DNA of 63,867 nucleotides, filler included. It is 5 parts of 5 records of this genome, joined end to end, with 100 filler letters (N's around TTAATTAATTAA, not from the genome) between each part and the next. Parts side by side here need not be neighbours in the genome. Positions count along the whole stretch, not along the records: positions 29,618 to 45,362 come from SRR20825006_819; positions 45,463 to 58,742 come from SRR20825006_828; 3 more parts are not named here. One strand, written 5' to 3'. Both the position numbers and the translations under genes were made by a program. Positions 38,489-49,290 of this stretch are shown one piece after another. Position 1 is the first letter of the stretch. Each line of letters begins with the position of its first letter. The notes below the pieces were generated by a model. That model ran no database searches and was not told where the DNA came from. It was given only the letters and a program-made list of their open reading frames with translations.

Positions 38489-41400
38489 ATGAGCGCGACA
38501 CCAGACTTCATCCACTTACATGCCCATTCTTCCTACTCCTTGCTGGAAGGGGCTATTCAGCTAAAGAAGCTGATCGATTTGGCCGTAAATGATGGTCAAG
38601 TTGGGTTGGGTGTTGCGGACACGGGAAATTTGTTCGGGGCATTGCAATTCTCCGAACTGGCGCGGGAGAAGGGGCTGCAACCGATCATAGGCTGCGAACT
38701 GCCGCTTGAGTTTGAACCGCCTTCAGATATGCCGGGCAAAGAGCGCAAGAAATTTGCCAAGGAATCTGTGGTGCTGATTGCGCAGAGCGAAGAGGGGTTT
38801 CAAAATCTCTCCGAAATAGTGTCTCGCGCTTATCTGGTTGGCGATGCAACAGCTTTGAAAGCGCCGATTGCATGGTTTGACGAGGGTTTGCATGAAGGCC
38901 TGATTTGCCTGACAGGTGGCCTGGAAGGCGGGATCGATCCGCTGTTGGCACAAGGATATGATCAGCAAGCGATTGCGCGCCTTGATAATTTGCGACGCAT
39001 ATTTGGTGATCGGCTTTATATCGAGTTGCAGCGGCATGGCATGGAGCAACAGGCGCTTAGTGAGCCGCAATTGCTCGACTATGCGTATGCCAATGACGTG
39101 CCGATTGTGGCGACCAATGAGCCGTTTTTTCCAAAGAGCGACGATTTTGAATCACATGACGCCTTGATGGCGATTGCTGAGGGCAGTGTGGTGGCGCAAA
39201 CCGAGCGCCGCAAATTGTCAGATCAGCATTATTTCAAGTCTCGCCAAGAGATGTGCGCGTTGTTTGCGGATTTGCCTGAAGCGATTGCCAATACATTGGA
39301 GATTGCGCAGCGGGTCACATTCCGCCCGACAAAGCGGGCGCCAATTTTGCCGAACTTTGCTGCGCCGGAAGGCATGAGCTCTGACGAAGCGGTGGAAGCC
39401 GAGGCGCAGGAGCTTTCCCGGCAGGCGCATGAAGGCCTAGATCGCATTATGGAGCGAGACGGACCTGCGCCGGGTATGACCGCCGAAGAATATCGCGAAC
39501 GGCTCGAATTTGAGCTGAATGTGATTAAGAACATGAAGTTCCCCGGTTACTTCCTGATCGTTGCGGACTTTATCAAATGGGCGAAAGAACATGGCATTTC
39601 AGTGGGGCCGGGCCGTGGTTCGGGTGCGGGCTCGCTGGTGGCGTATGCACTGACCATCACCAACCTTGACCCGTTGCGCTATGCTTTGCTTTTCGAACGG
39701 TTCTTGAACCCAGAGCGGGTATCCATGCCCGACTTTGATATCGACTTTTGTCAGGAACGCCGCGAAGAAGTGATTCAATATGTTCAGCGCAAATATGGTG
39801 CTGAGCAGGTGGCGCAGATCATCACCTTCGGTACGCTGCAAGCGCGTGCCGTGTTGCGCGATGTGGGCCGTGTGTTGCAGATGCCTTATCCGCAGGTGGA
39901 TCGTATCTCTAAGCTGGTGCCTTCGAACCCAGCCAACCCGGTGACATTGACCGAAGCGATTGATGGTGAGCCGCGTTTGCAGGCCATGCGCGACGAAGAT
40001 GAAACTGTGGCGCAGTTGCTGGAGATGGGCAAAAAGCTTGAAGGGCTTTACCGACACGCTTCTACACACGCGGCGGGTATCGTTATCGGCGACAGGCCGC
40101 TACAGCAATTGGTGCCGCTTTATCGCGATCCGCGGTCTGATATGCCGGTGTCGCAATATAATATGAAGGTGGTGGAAGAAGCCGGGTTGGTCAAATTTGA
40201 CTTTCTTGGTTTGAAAACACTGACGGTGATTGAATATGCCGAGCGACTGATCAACCGGGAGGGCGGCGATTTTTCCATCGAGAACATCTCGATTGAAGAT
40301 GAAAAGACTTATGATCTTTATGCCAAGGGCGAAACGGTTGGTGTGTTCCAGGTAGAAAGCCCGGGTATGCGCCGGGCGCTGCTGGATCTAAAGCCTGACC
40401 GGTTTGAAGATATTATCGCGATTGTGGCGCTATATCGTCCGGGTCCGATGGACAATATTCCCACCTTCTGTGCCCGTAAGCATGGGCGTGAAACGCCCGA
40501 TTATTTGCATGACAGCCTGACCGATATTCTGAAAGAAACCTATGGGATTATCGTTTACCAGGAACAGGTGATGCAGATTGCGCAGGTGCTTTCTGGCTAC
40601 TCACTTGGTGAAGCAGATTTGCTGCGCCGGGCGATGGGTAAAAAGATTAAAGCGGAGATGGACAAGCAAAAGGTCCGCTTTATCGAAGGTGCTGTGAAGA
40701 ATGGGCTGATTAAAGCCCAGGCTGACAATATCTTTGAACTTGTGGCGAAGTTTGCGAACTACGGTTTTAACAAATCGCACGCGGCTGCTTATGCCTTAGT
40801 GTCTTATCAAACAGGCTATTTGAAAGCGCATTATCCGAAAGAGTTTTTGGCCGCGTCGATGACGCTTGATATGGGCAACACGGATAAGTTGAACGATTTC
40901 AAACGCGAAGCCCAGCGTTTGAAGATCGAAGTGAAGCCGCCATGTGTGAATAAATCTGAAGTGATTTTCACGGTGGAAGGCAATAATATTCATTATAGCC
41001 TTTGTGCAGTGAAGGGCGTTGGCCGAAATGTGGCCGAGCATATTGTTGCTGTGCGCGGCAATCAGCCATTTACAGACCTTGCGGACTTTGCTGAGCGGAT
41101 TGATCCGAAAATTGTGAACCGTCGGGCATTTGAAACGCTGACCCATGCGGGGGCGTTTGATGATCTTGGTTTTACCCGTGAGGAAGTGGCGTCACTTACT
41201 GAAACAGTGTTGAGCACGGCACAACGGGCCACCAGCAACCGCAATGAAGGCATTGTGGATATGTTCACGGCGTCTGCGCCTGAACCGATTAAGCCTGCAA
41301 AGAATTTGAAAAGCTGGAGCCACTCTGAGCGATTGCAGCGTGAATTTTCAGCAATCGGCTTTTATCTCTCTGCGCACCCGTTGGACGAATATCAATCAAT

Positions 41401-41956
41401 CTACACAGAAGGCTATGCGCAAACTTGGCTCGCTTTTGAAAAGGCGGCGCGGAATGGCGCGAGTGCTGGGCGCATGGCGGGTACGATCGCGTCGCGGAAT
41501 GACAGAAAGACCCGCAAGGGTTCCAATATGTCGATCATGACCTTGTCTGACCCTACTGGTACATATGAATGTCTGGTGTTTTCCGAGCAGCTTGATCGGT
41601 TTGACGATGTGCTGACAGTGGGCAATTCCATCGTTGTGGAAGTTGAAGCCGATGCGCAGCCGGATGGGGTGCGGTTGCGGTTGATCAATCTTCACCCGAT
41701 TGAACGGGCGATTGCCAAAATGGCCAATAAGTTGGTGCTGCACCTCACCAACAAAGAATGTATTCCGCATTTGACCAAGCAATTGCAGCGCGGCGGTGAG
41801 GGGCAGGTGGCGATTGTGGTGATGGACCAAGATCACAATTATGAATTTGAGATCGAGTTGCCCGGCGGTTATCGCTTAACGCCAGAGTTGGCCAGTTCGC
41901 TCAAAGTGCTGCCCGGGGTGGCCGATGCGCGTGTGAGTGCTGGGCCAAACCACTAA
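38489..41956 (+). CDS. dnaE: DNA polymerase III alpha subunit
   Basis: PHP HLHAHSSYSLLEGA, GPGRGSGAGS, FERFLNPERVSMPDFDIDF, KFDFLGL, YGFNKSHA. Confidence 0.99.
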   Translation: MSATPDFIHLHAHSSYSLLEGAIQLKKLIDLAVNDGQVGLGVADTGNLFGALQFSELAREKGLQPIIGCELPLEFEPPSDMPGKERKKFAKESVVLIAQSEEGFQNLSEIVSRAYLVGDATALKAPIAWFDEGLHEGLICLTGGLEGGIDPLLAQGYDQQAIARLDNLRRIFGDRLYIELQRHGMEQQALSEPQLLDYAYANDVPIVATNEPFFPKSDDFESHDALMAIAEGSVVAQTERRKLSDQHYFKSRQEMCALFADLPEAIANTLEIAQRVTFRPTKRAPILPNFAAPEGMSSDEAVEAEAQELSRQAHEGLDRIMERDGPAPGMTAEEYRERLEFELNVIKNMKFPGYFLIVADFIKWAKEHGISVGPGRGSGAGSLVAYALTITNLDPLRYALLFERFLNPERVSMPDFDIDFCQERREEVIQYVQRKYGAEQVAQIITFGTLQARAVLRDVGRVLQMPYPQVDRISKLVPSNPANPVTLTEAIDGEPRLQAMRDEDETVAQLLEMGKKLEGLYRHASTHAAGIVIGDRPLQQLVPLYRDPRSDMPVSQYNMKVVEEAGLVKFDFLGLKTLTVIEYAERLINREGGDFSIENISIEDEKTYDLYAKGETVGVFQVESPGMRRALLDLKPDRFEDIIAIVALYRPGPMDNIPTFCARKHGRETPDYLHDSLTDILKETYGIIVYQEQVMQIAQVLSGYSLGEADLLRRAMGKKIKAEMDKQKVRFIEGAVKNGLIKAQADNIFELVAKFANYGFNKSHAAAYALVSYQTGYLKAHYPKEFLAASMTLDMGNTDKLNDFKREAQRLKIEVKPPCVNKSEVIFTVEGNNIHYSLCAVKGVGRNVAEHIVAVRGNQPFTDLADFAERIDPKIVNRRAFETLTHAGAFDDLGFTREEVASLTETVLSTAQRATSNRNEGIVDMFTASAPEPIKPAKNLKSWSHSERLQREFSAIGFYLSAHPLDEYQSIYTEGYAQTWLAFEKAARNGASAGRMAGTIASRNDRKTRKGSNMSIMTLSDPTGTYECLVFSEQLDRFDDVLTVGNSIVVEVEADAQPDGVRLRLINLHPIERAIAKMANKLVLHLTNKECIPHLTKQLQRGGEGQVAIVVMDQDHNYEFEIELPGGYRLTPELASSLKVLPGVADARVSAGPNH

Positions 41957-42022
41957 TTTTGGCGGCAACTGCACGTATTTCAGGGAAATGGGCCGGTTTG
42001 GCCACATATAGCCAATTAGCTA

Positions 42023-42145
42023 TTGCCAATGGGGCGGGATTGCTGTAAGTCCGCGCTCATTAATTCGCACGCAAAGACGGCTGCCCGTTGAGGCCGCCAT
42101 CCGGTGACAAAATATGTTGCAGCTCTTTGCGGAGGTTACAACCGG
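42023..42145 (+). promoter_or_regulatory. rpsB promoter and structured 5' leader (t44/S2 autoregulatory element-like)
   Basis: TTGCCA-N17-TAAGTC, then a GCAAAGA...TCTTTGC stem enclosing CCGGTGAC, followed by GGAGG..AACC as in rpsB leaders. Confidence 0.7.
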
Positions 42146-42164
42146 TTAAAAGGAGAGAAGGCCG

Positions 42165-43196
42165 ATGGCACTTCCTGATTTTTCTATGCGCCAATTGCTT
42201 GAAGCTGGCGTACACTTCGGACACCAAAAACACCGCTGGAATCCAAAAATGGAACAATACATTTTTGGTGTGCGGAACGACATTCACATCATCGATTTGG
42301 CACAAACTGTGCCTGCTTTGTATAAAGCATTGCAAATGGTGTCTGACACTGTGGCTGAAGGCGGCCGCGTATTGTTTGTTGGCACGAAGCGCCAAGCTGC
42401 ACCAGTTGTTGCAGAGGCTGCGCGTCAATCAGCGCAATATTATGTGAACTCACGTTGGTTGGGCGGCATGCTGACCAACTGGCAGACCATTTCTAAGTCA
42501 ATCGCTCGTTTGCGTGAACTTGAAGATCAAGAATCTGAAGGCATGCAGGGCTTGACCAAGAAAGAGCGTTTGCAGCGTTCTCGCGAGCGTGAGCGTCTTG
42601 AGCGTGATTTGGGCGGCATTAAAGACATGGGCAACGTGCCTAACTTGTTGTTCGTGATCGACACCAACAAAGAATCTTTGGCATTGAACGAAGCTCGTCG
42701 TTTGGGCATTCCAGTGATCGCGATTGCAGATACGAACTGTGATCCAGAAGCTGTTGATTTGCCAATTCCTGGTAACGACGATGCGGCACGCGCGATCGAG
42801 CTTTACTGTTCATTGGTTTCAAAAGCTGCTTTGGACGGTATTTCACGTTCATCAGTTGCTTTCGGCGAAGATTTGGGCGCTGCGGTTGACGTTAAAGAGC
42901 CTGCTTTGGAAGAAGCACCTGCTGCTGAAGAAACTGCTGCGGAAGCACCTGCTGAAGAAGCTGGCGACACAACACCATTGTTCGACAAGCCAGAAGCAGA
43001 CGCTGACGATTTGAAAAAAATCTCAGGTGTTGGCCCGGTTTTGGAGCAAAAGTTGAATGACTTGGGCATTTACACTTTCGCACAGATCGCAAACTTCAGC
43101 GCTGAAGACATTGCAAATGTTGACGAGCGTTTGAACTTTAAAGGCCGCATTGAGCGCGATGGCTGGATCGACCAAGCCAAAGAATTGGGTGCTTAA
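42165..43196 (+). CDS. rpsB: 30S ribosomal protein S2 with an acidic linker and a C-terminal HhH-like domain
   Basis: [27 protein letters not shown], and the extension [11 protein letters not shown]...[12 protein letters not shown]. Confidence 0.98.
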   Translation: MALPDFSMRQLLEAGVHFGHQKHRWNPKMEQYIFGVRNDIHIIDLAQTVPALYKALQMVSDTVAEGGRVLFVGTKRQAAPVVAEAARQSAQYYVNSRWLGGMLTNWQTISKSIARLRELEDQESEGMQGLTKKERLQRSRERERLERDLGGIKDMGNVPNLLFVIDTNKESLALNEARRLGIPVIAIADTNCDPEAVDLPIPGNDDAARAIELYCSLVSKAALDGISRSSVAFGEDLGAAVDVKEPALEEAPAAEETAAEAPAEEAGDTTPLFDKPEADADDLKKISGVGPVLEQKLNDLGIYTFAQIANFSAEDIANVDERLNFKGRIERDGWIDQAKELGA

Positions 43197-43214
43197 TTAG
43201 CTTCATAAAATCTG

Positions 43215-43271
43215 CGTGTTTACAGGTTAAACACGACACTTTCGATTGGGCCAGCCCGAAATAGGGCTGGC
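43215..43271 (+). other. Two hairpins in the rpsB-tsf intergenic region (stability or attenuation)
   Basis: CGTGTTTA/TAAACACG (43215-43235) and GCCAGCCC/GGGCTGGC (43250-43271). Neither has a U-tract. Confidence 0.55.
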
Positions 43272-43288
43272 AACATAGGAGATTTAAA

Positions 43289-44212
43289 ATGGCGATCACA
43301 GCTGCACTTGTGAAAGAATTGCGCGAGCAGACCGGCGTTGGCATGATGGACTGCAAAAAAGCGTTGAACGAAACCAATGGTGACTTGGAAGCCGCCGTTG
43401 ATTGGTTGCGCACAAAAGGCTTGGCAAAAGCTGCGAAAAAAGCTGGTCGCGTAGCGGCTGAAGGTTTGGTTGGCGTTGTAACTTCAGGCACTAAAGGTGC
43501 TGTTGTTGAAGTGAACTCAGAAACTGACTTTGTTGCACGTAACGCAGAATTCCAAAACTTGGTAAGCGAAATTGCTAAAGTTGCTTTGGACCAAGGCGAA
43601 AATGTTGAAACATTGGCTGCTGCAACTTACCCAGGCAAATCACACTCAATCGCTGATGAAGTAACAAACGCTGTTGCTAAAATCGGTGAAAACATGACTT
43701 TGCGTCGTTCAGCTACAGTTTCTGTAGAAGAAGGCATTGTTTGCAGCTACGTGCACAACGCGGTTGTTGACGGCCTTGGCGGCATTGGCATTTTGGTTGG
43801 TTTCAAAACTTCAGGCAATGCAGCCGCACTTGAAGGCGTTGGCCGTCAAATCGCGATGCACATTGCTGCGACAAATCCTTTGGCAATTGCGCCAGAAGGT
43901 TTGGACCAAGAAGTTGTTGACCGTGAGCGTGCTGTTTTTGCTGAGCAAGCTGCTGGTTCTGGTAAGCCTGCTGAAATCGTTGAGAAAATGGTTGATGGCC
44001 GCATGCGCAAATACTTCGAAGAAGTTTGCTTGTTGTCACAAACATTCGTTATCGATGGCGAAACCAAAATTGCTGACGTTGTGAAAAACGCTGAAAAAGA
44101 AGCCGGCGCTCCTGTTGAGTTGGTTGATTTTGTGCGTTTCGCAATTGGCGAAGGCATTGAAAAAGAAGAGAGCGATTTCGCCGCCGAGGTTGCAGCCGCG
44201 GCTGGTAACTAA
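43289..44212 (+). CDS. tsf: Elongation factor Ts
   Basis: [38 protein letters not shown]. Confidence 0.99.
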   Translation: MAITAALVKELREQTGVGMMDCKKALNETNGDLEAAVDWLRTKGLAKAAKKAGRVAAEGLVGVVTSGTKGAVVEVNSETDFVARNAEFQNLVSEIAKVALDQGENVETLAAATYPGKSHSIADEVTNAVAKIGENMTLRRSATVSVEEGIVCSYVHNAVVDGLGGIGILVGFKTSGNAAALEGVGRQIAMHIAATNPLAIAPEGLDQEVVDRERAVFAEQAAGSGKPAEIVEKMVDGRMRKYFEEVCLLSQTFVIDGETKIADVVKNAEKEAGAPVELVDFVRFAIGEGIEKEESDFAAEVAAAAGN

Positions 44213-44270
44213 TAACCTGTTCTGGAACAAGAATCTTTTTTAAAAGTTCCCAACTCTAGACTAGGTTAGG

Positions 44271-44990
44271 GTGGCAATGGCCTCTCAATCGCTTAAACGC
44301 ATCTTGATTAAAGTCTCCGGCGAAGCGCTCGCCGGAGACGAATCTTTTGGGATTGAATCCCGCTTTCTTGACGAAGTTGCTGGTCAACTCGTCGATCTCT
44401 CTCAAAATGGATATGAAGTAGCCATTGTGGTGGGCGGCGGAAATATTTTCCGCGGCATGTCTGTGGCTGCTGGTGGTGCTGACCGGGTGGTGGGTGACCA
44501 TATGGGCATGTTGGCCACGGTGATCAACTGTCTGGCTTTAGGCGATGCGATTCGCCGTTTGGGCGGCAACGCACGCGTGTTCTCAAATTTGGTCATGCCT
44601 GATGTCGCAGATCATTTTACAGCTCGTGAAGCTCGTAAAACCCTTGAAGAAGGCGGAATCGCCATTTGTTCAGGCGGTACTGGCAATCCATTTTTCACAA
44701 CAGATACAGCAGCCGCATTGAAAGCGGTTGAGCTGGAATGTGACGCTTTGTTTAAAGGCACAAAGGTGGATGGCGTTTATGATGCCGACCCTGCAACCAA
44801 CCCTGATGCCAAGCGTTTTGATGAGATTTCTTATGACGAAGTGATCTCGCGCGACCTAAAAGTTATGGATATGGCAGCATTTGCTTTGGCGCGTGACAAC
44901 AAATTGCCAATTTTTGTGTATGCTTTGGATGTCGCGGGCGGCGTTCAGGCCATTATTGAGGGGAAGGGGTTATCCACTCGGGTTGGATGA
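44271..44990 (+). CDS. pyrH: UMP kinase
   Basis: KVSGEAL, GGGNIFRG, DHMGMLATVIN, GTGNPFFTTD, VDGVYDADP. Confidence 0.98.
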   Translation: MAMASQSLKRILIKVSGEALAGDESFGIESRFLDEVAGQLVDLSQNGYEVAIVVGGGNIFRGMSVAAGGADRVVGDHMGMLATVINCLALGDAIRRLGGNARVFSNLVMPDVADHFTAREARKTLEEGGIAICSGGTGNPFFTTDTAAALKAVELECDALFKGTKVDGVYDADPATNPDAKRFDEISYDEVISRDLKVMDMAAFALARDNKLPIFVYALDVAGGVQAIIEGKGLSTRVG

Positions 44991-45014
44991 TCGCCAAAAT
45001 CAAAGGATTAGGAC

Positions 45015-45362
45015 ATGAGTGAATTTTCTTTGCAAAATCTCGACGAGCGGATGAAAAAGTCGCTTGCTGCGCTGAAAGACGAGTTTGCTGGCTTGCGCAC
45101 AGGGCGCGCCACAACCAGCCTTCTGGATCCAATCATGGTGGATGCCTATGGTTCAAAAATGCCAATGAACCAAGTGGCTACAGTTTCTGTGCCTGAGGCG
45201 CGCATGCTTTCAGTTCAAGTTTGGGACAAAGGCATGACCCAGGCGGTGGAAAAAGCAATCCGTGAATCATCATTAGGCCTTAACCCAATGGCGGAAGGCA
45301 CAATCATCCGCGTTGCATTGCCTGAATTGAATGAAGAGCGCCGCCGCGAATTGACCAAAGTG
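45015..45362 (+). CDS. frr: Ribosome recycling factor, 5' part
   Basis: [30 protein letters not shown]. Truncated at contig end. Confidence 0.97.
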
Positions 45363-45462
45363 NNNNNNNNNNNNNNNNNNNNNNNNNNNNNNNNNNNNNN
45401 NNNNNNTTAATTAATTAANNNNNNNNNNNNNNNNNNNNNNNNNNNNNNNNNNNNNNNNNNNN
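45363..45462. other. Artificial contig-joining spacer
   Basis: N-run with TTAATTAATTAA. Confidence 0.99.
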
Positions 45463-47192
45463 ACATCTGCGGTCTCTATCGCCACATCGCTTCCCAAACC
45501 GCCCATAGCGATACCTACGTCAGCAGTGGCTAAAACCGGCGCGTCGTTGATTCCATCGCCGATGAATGCTACCTTAGTAGTTCCTTTCTTTTGCAACTGC
45601 TCAACCTCCCTCAGTTTATCTTCGGGTAGGAGCCCGCCTTTTGCCCAAGTAATTCCAAGACTTTTAGCAACCTTTTGGGTAATGGTATCTTTATCTCCCG
45701 ATAGCATCACAATCTGCTGTACACCGGCTTCCTTCAGCTTTTGAATAGCTGTTTTAGCATCAGGCTTGAGCTCATCGGCAACTACAATATAACCGGCGAA
45801 GTCACCGTCAATGGCAACGAGAACCAGAGTTTCTACGATATCCTCAAGACTTTTCGGAATCTCGATGTTATGGCTTTTCAGTAAAGCCACATTACCGGCA
45901 AGCACCGTTTTGCCGTTGATCACCGCTTGCAAGCCTTTACCGCTATGCTCTTGAACCTCGCGCACTTCTACGCTTGAACTTTCTACGTGATATTCCTGTA
46001 TCGCCTTAGCTATGGGATGCGTCGATTGGGCTTCTAAGGCCTTTACATAAGTTATAAATTCTGCTTCGCTCCAACCGTTTTCAGTTGCTATGGTTTTTAT
46101 ACGGAAAACTCCTTGCGTGAGCGTTCCCGTTTTATCAGTAACCACGAGCTTCACTTTGGTTATCGCATCAAGAAAAGAGGCTCCTTTAAATAAAATCCCG
46201 TTACGGGATGCTGCCCCTAAACCTCCAAAATACCCCAACGGAATAGAGATCACCAAAGCACAAGGACACGAGATCACCAAGAAGATCAAGGCACGATACA
46301 ACCATTCTTTAAAAACATAATCTGCAACAAAGAAGTAAGGTAAAAAGGTTAATGCTAAGGCCAGAAAGGCGACGATGGGTGTGTAGACTTTAGCAAACTT
46401 GCGGATGAACAATTCGGTTTTTGACTTTCTCGCAATGGCGTTCTGTACCAGTTCCAGAATACGTGCAATAGAACTCTCTGTAAAAATCGCAGTAGTTTCC
46501 AGTTCGATAACTTCATCGAGATTGATGCTTCCGGCATAAACGGTTTCTCCTTGTTTAACCGAATCCGGTTTGCTTTCGCCTGTTAATGCAGCCGTATTTA
46601 GAGAGGCTTTCGCGCTTAGCAAAGTTCCGTCTAAAGGTATTTTTTCGCCTTTGCGCACCTGAACGCGTTCGCCTATTTTAACGTCTTCAGGAGCCGTCGG
46701 AACAAATTTTCCCTCTCTAAAAACCATAGCTTCGTTGGGTCGTACATCTAACAAGGCTTTGATGTTGTTCTTGGCCTTATCTACCGCAGCGTGCTGAAAC
46801 AATTCGCCCACGGCATAAAACAACATTACCGTTACACCTTCGGGATATTCGCCTAAGATAAAAGCTCCCAGCGTTGCAATGCTCATCAAAAGAAATTCTG
46901 TAAATACCGAACCCTTTTTAATACTCTCCCAACTGTCTTGAAGTACAGGAATCCCCACCGGGATATAGGCAATAATATACCAAATCAAGCGCCACGTACC
47001 TTTGAAAAAAGATGCTTCAAAATGGTCTAGCAACATTCCTGAGGCCAGCATCAAAAAACTAAAAAGTCCGGGCGCATAGGTTTTAAACGCTAGCGTACCG
47101 TGATGATGCTGTTCAGAAGTGCCTGATGTGCTATGTTTTGCGCAGCAACCCTCTTCAACGTGGTGCTCTGAAGTATGCGTGTGTTCTTTCAT
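45463..47192 (-). CDS. Heavy-metal P1B-type ATPase (CadA/ZntA-like), 3' truncated
   Basis: His/Cys-rich N-terminus (HTHTSEHH..CC..HHH), LTGES, SCPCAL, DKTGT, HP, GDGIND. Confidence 0.95.
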
Positions 47193-47234
47193 AATGGAAA
47201 GTTCACTAAAAAAGCCGTGCAACAGAAGTGCATT

Positions 47235-47651
47235 TTAGTAGGTGCTGCAGCTATCGCAAATACCTTTGACTACTAGATTAGCATCTTCGGCAATAAAACC
47301 ATCAGGTAAATTGATATGCGGAATTTTATGCTCGGTTAGACAAATGGTTTTATCACAAGCGTTACAATGAAAATGAAGGTGAAGATCACGCTCTATATCG
47401 CACCGACAGCCGGGTTCACAGAGCGCATATTTGAGTACGCCGGTACCGTCGTCAATCTGGTGAACCACCCCTTTTTCTTCAAAAGTTTTTAGCGTGCGAT
47501 AAACCGTGGTGCGATCCGCTTTAGTAAACGCCAACTCCAGATCTGACAAGCCTTGTGCCGAATTTTTTTCGGCCATAAACTTATAGATCAGCATACGCAT
47601 CGCCGTAGGCCGAATGCCTTTATTTTGCAGTGTACTTTCGATCTCTTTCAC
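47235..47651 (-). CDS. Fur-family transcriptional regulator
   Basis: RPTAMR, DRTTVYRTL, HLHFHCNAC and a C-terminal CDSC. The GTG start overlaps the hxlR stop (GTGA). Confidence 0.93.
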   Translation of the reverse strand: MKEIESTLQNKGIRPTAMRMLIYKFMAEKNSAQGLSDLELAFTKADRTTVYRTLKTFEEKGVVHQIDDGTGVLKYALCEPGCRCDIERDLHLHFHCNACDKTICLTEHKIPHINLPDGFIAEDANLVVKGICDSCSTY

Positions 47652-48007
47652 AGCGTTACCTTTTTAAAATCTTCAGTGATCAGAGCGCGGTGCTTTATGC
47701 CCCATTCAGCAATAACATCTGTGAGTTCCTTTAGAGAAGCACCATAGTCTGTAATTTTGTAAAACACGCTTACCGGTTTAGTGTCAACTACCGTACGCTC
47801 AATGAGTTTATTCATCTCCAGATCTTTGAGCTCTCTACTCAACATACGCCCGGAAATGCCTTCTACCTCCCTGAGTAATTCAGAAAAACGCATACCTTGA
47901 TAACACAAACAAGCAATAATTGAAACTTTCCATTTGCCGCTCAGGACATCCATCGTATCGTGAATGGCTCTAATTTTTTCTTTACAATTTAATTCATCCT
48001 CACACAT
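47648..48007 (-). CDS. HxlR/DUF24-family winged-helix regulator
   Basis: LSGKWK, MRFSEL, ISGRMLSRELKDLE, Y.ITDYG, plus N-terminal Cys residues. Confidence 0.93.
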   Translation of the reverse strand: MCEDELNCKEKIRAIHDTMDVLSGKWKVSIIACLCYQGMRFSELLREVEGISGRMLSRELKDLEMNKLIERTVVDTKPVSVFYKITDYGASLKELTDVIAEWGIKHRALITEDFKKVTL

Positions 48008-48013
48008 AACCCG

Positions 48014-48080
48014 GTTACTCTAATGTTACTAGCTATTTTGTTACAAAGTTACTTTATGTAACCTCCCTTTGCTAATTTTG
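48014..48080. promoter_or_regulatory. Putative HxlR operator and Bacteroidota -7 promoter element of the nitroreductase gene
   Basis: Palindrome GTTAC-N5-GTAAC (48048-48062), GTTAC half-sites at 48014, 48025 and 48040, and TAATTTTG (TAnnTTTG) at 48073. Confidence 0.65.
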
Positions 48081-48100
48081 CTCAAAAATTATATTAGCAT

Positions 48101-48733
48101 ATGAGTTTACTAGACGACCTTAAATGGCGTTATGCAGCTAAAAGCATGAATGGCGCCGAAGTACCCCAGGAAAAACTGGATTATATTTTAGAAGCCGCCC
48201 GTTTAGCACCTTCTTCTTCAGGATTACAACCTTATAAAGTGTTTGTGATTACCAACAAAGAATTGCTTGAAAAAATCAAAAATGTTGCGTGGAATCAAAG
48301 TCAGGTTACTGATTGCTCGCATTTATTGGTTTTTGCTGCTTGGGATGGTTATACCAACGAGCGTGTAAGCGCAGTATTTAATTATACGATGGATCAGCGC
48401 GGCTTACCACACGAAACTATGGATGATTACAAGCAAAATATTATGAGTTTGTACGAACCATTGGGTAAAGAGTGGCAGGCAGATCACGCTTCAAAACAAA
48501 GTTATATCTCCTTTGCCATGGCCATCGCTGCTGCGGCAGAACAAAAAGTTGATGCAACGCCTATGGAAGGTTTTGTTCCTGCGGAAGTAGATAAATTATT
48601 AGAATTAGAAGGTTCTGGGTATAAAAGTACCTTGTTACTCACTTTGGGCTACCGCGATGCCGATAATGATTGGTTAGTGAATATGAAAAAAGTGCGTACG
48701 CCTAAAGAAGATTTCATCACCGAAATTAAATAA
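48101..48733 (+). CDS. Nitroreductase / NAD(P)H-flavin oxidoreductase (NfsB-like)
   Basis: WRYAAK, LAPSSSGLQPY, NQSQV, DATPMEGF, LGYR. Confidence 0.93.
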   Translation: MSLLDDLKWRYAAKSMNGAEVPQEKLDYILEAARLAPSSSGLQPYKVFVITNKELLEKIKNVAWNQSQVTDCSHLLVFAAWDGYTNERVSAVFNYTMDQRGLPHETMDDYKQNIMSLYEPLGKEWQADHASKQSYISFAMAIAAAAEQKVDATPMEGFVPAEVDKLLELEGSGYKSTLLLTLGYRDADNDWLVNMKKVRTPKEDFITEIK

Positions 48734-48802
48734 GCATACAGCCCGAAGCATTCTATATAAAAACTTTCAGGATTTAATCCTCCGAAAAGTGTAGACCTAA
48801 AA

Positions 48803-48829
48803 AAAGTCCGGATTCACAATCCGGACTTT
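48803..48829. terminator. Intrinsic terminator between convergent genes
   Basis: AAAGTCCGGATT-CAC-AATCCGGACTTT, with a long T-run on the minus strand. Confidence 0.85.
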
Positions 48830-48853
48830 CTCGTTGAGGGGAATCAAAATAAA

Positions 48854-49153
48854 TTATTTAATTTTTTTAATGGTCTCAATGGTACCTTGACTTGAAGAAG
48901 TCTCAGTTGGTGCTTTAGGTTCATAAGCCACCTCAAATTGCTCACCTACCGCATCATTATTTTTTAGGTCCATGACAAGTTCTGAATCACTTTCCAGAAC
49001 TACGGCTTGAAAGGCTTCGTCTGAGAAAAAATAGTAGCCGCCTTCATAACCATCAAAGGTGAGTTGTTGGGTGCTAGGATCATCATTTACCGGAAGTATC
49101 GCGGTGCTTAAACTTAGTGTAATTATGCTGAATATGCTTAGTAAAGTTTTCAT
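48854..49153 (-). CDS. Small secreted hypothetical protein (99 aa)
   Basis: Signal-peptide-like N-terminus followed by a short beta-rich domain (TFDGYEGGYYFF). Confidence 0.75.
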   Translation of the reverse strand: MKTLLSIFSIITLSLSTAILPVNDDPSTQQLTFDGYEGGYYFFSDEAFQAVVLESDSELVMDLKNNDAVGEQFEVAYEPKAPTETSSSQGTIETIKKIK

Positions 49154-49290
49154 CGTTCAAAATTTATAATTCTAATTTACAAAGCATTAGCGCTCACCAA
49201 CAAAAGATTAAAAGTACTTTAGCATCATATGCTAAGGCTTTCTAAATTTTATCAGCCCAAATGATATATTTTAAGAAATCGTATTAGAAT

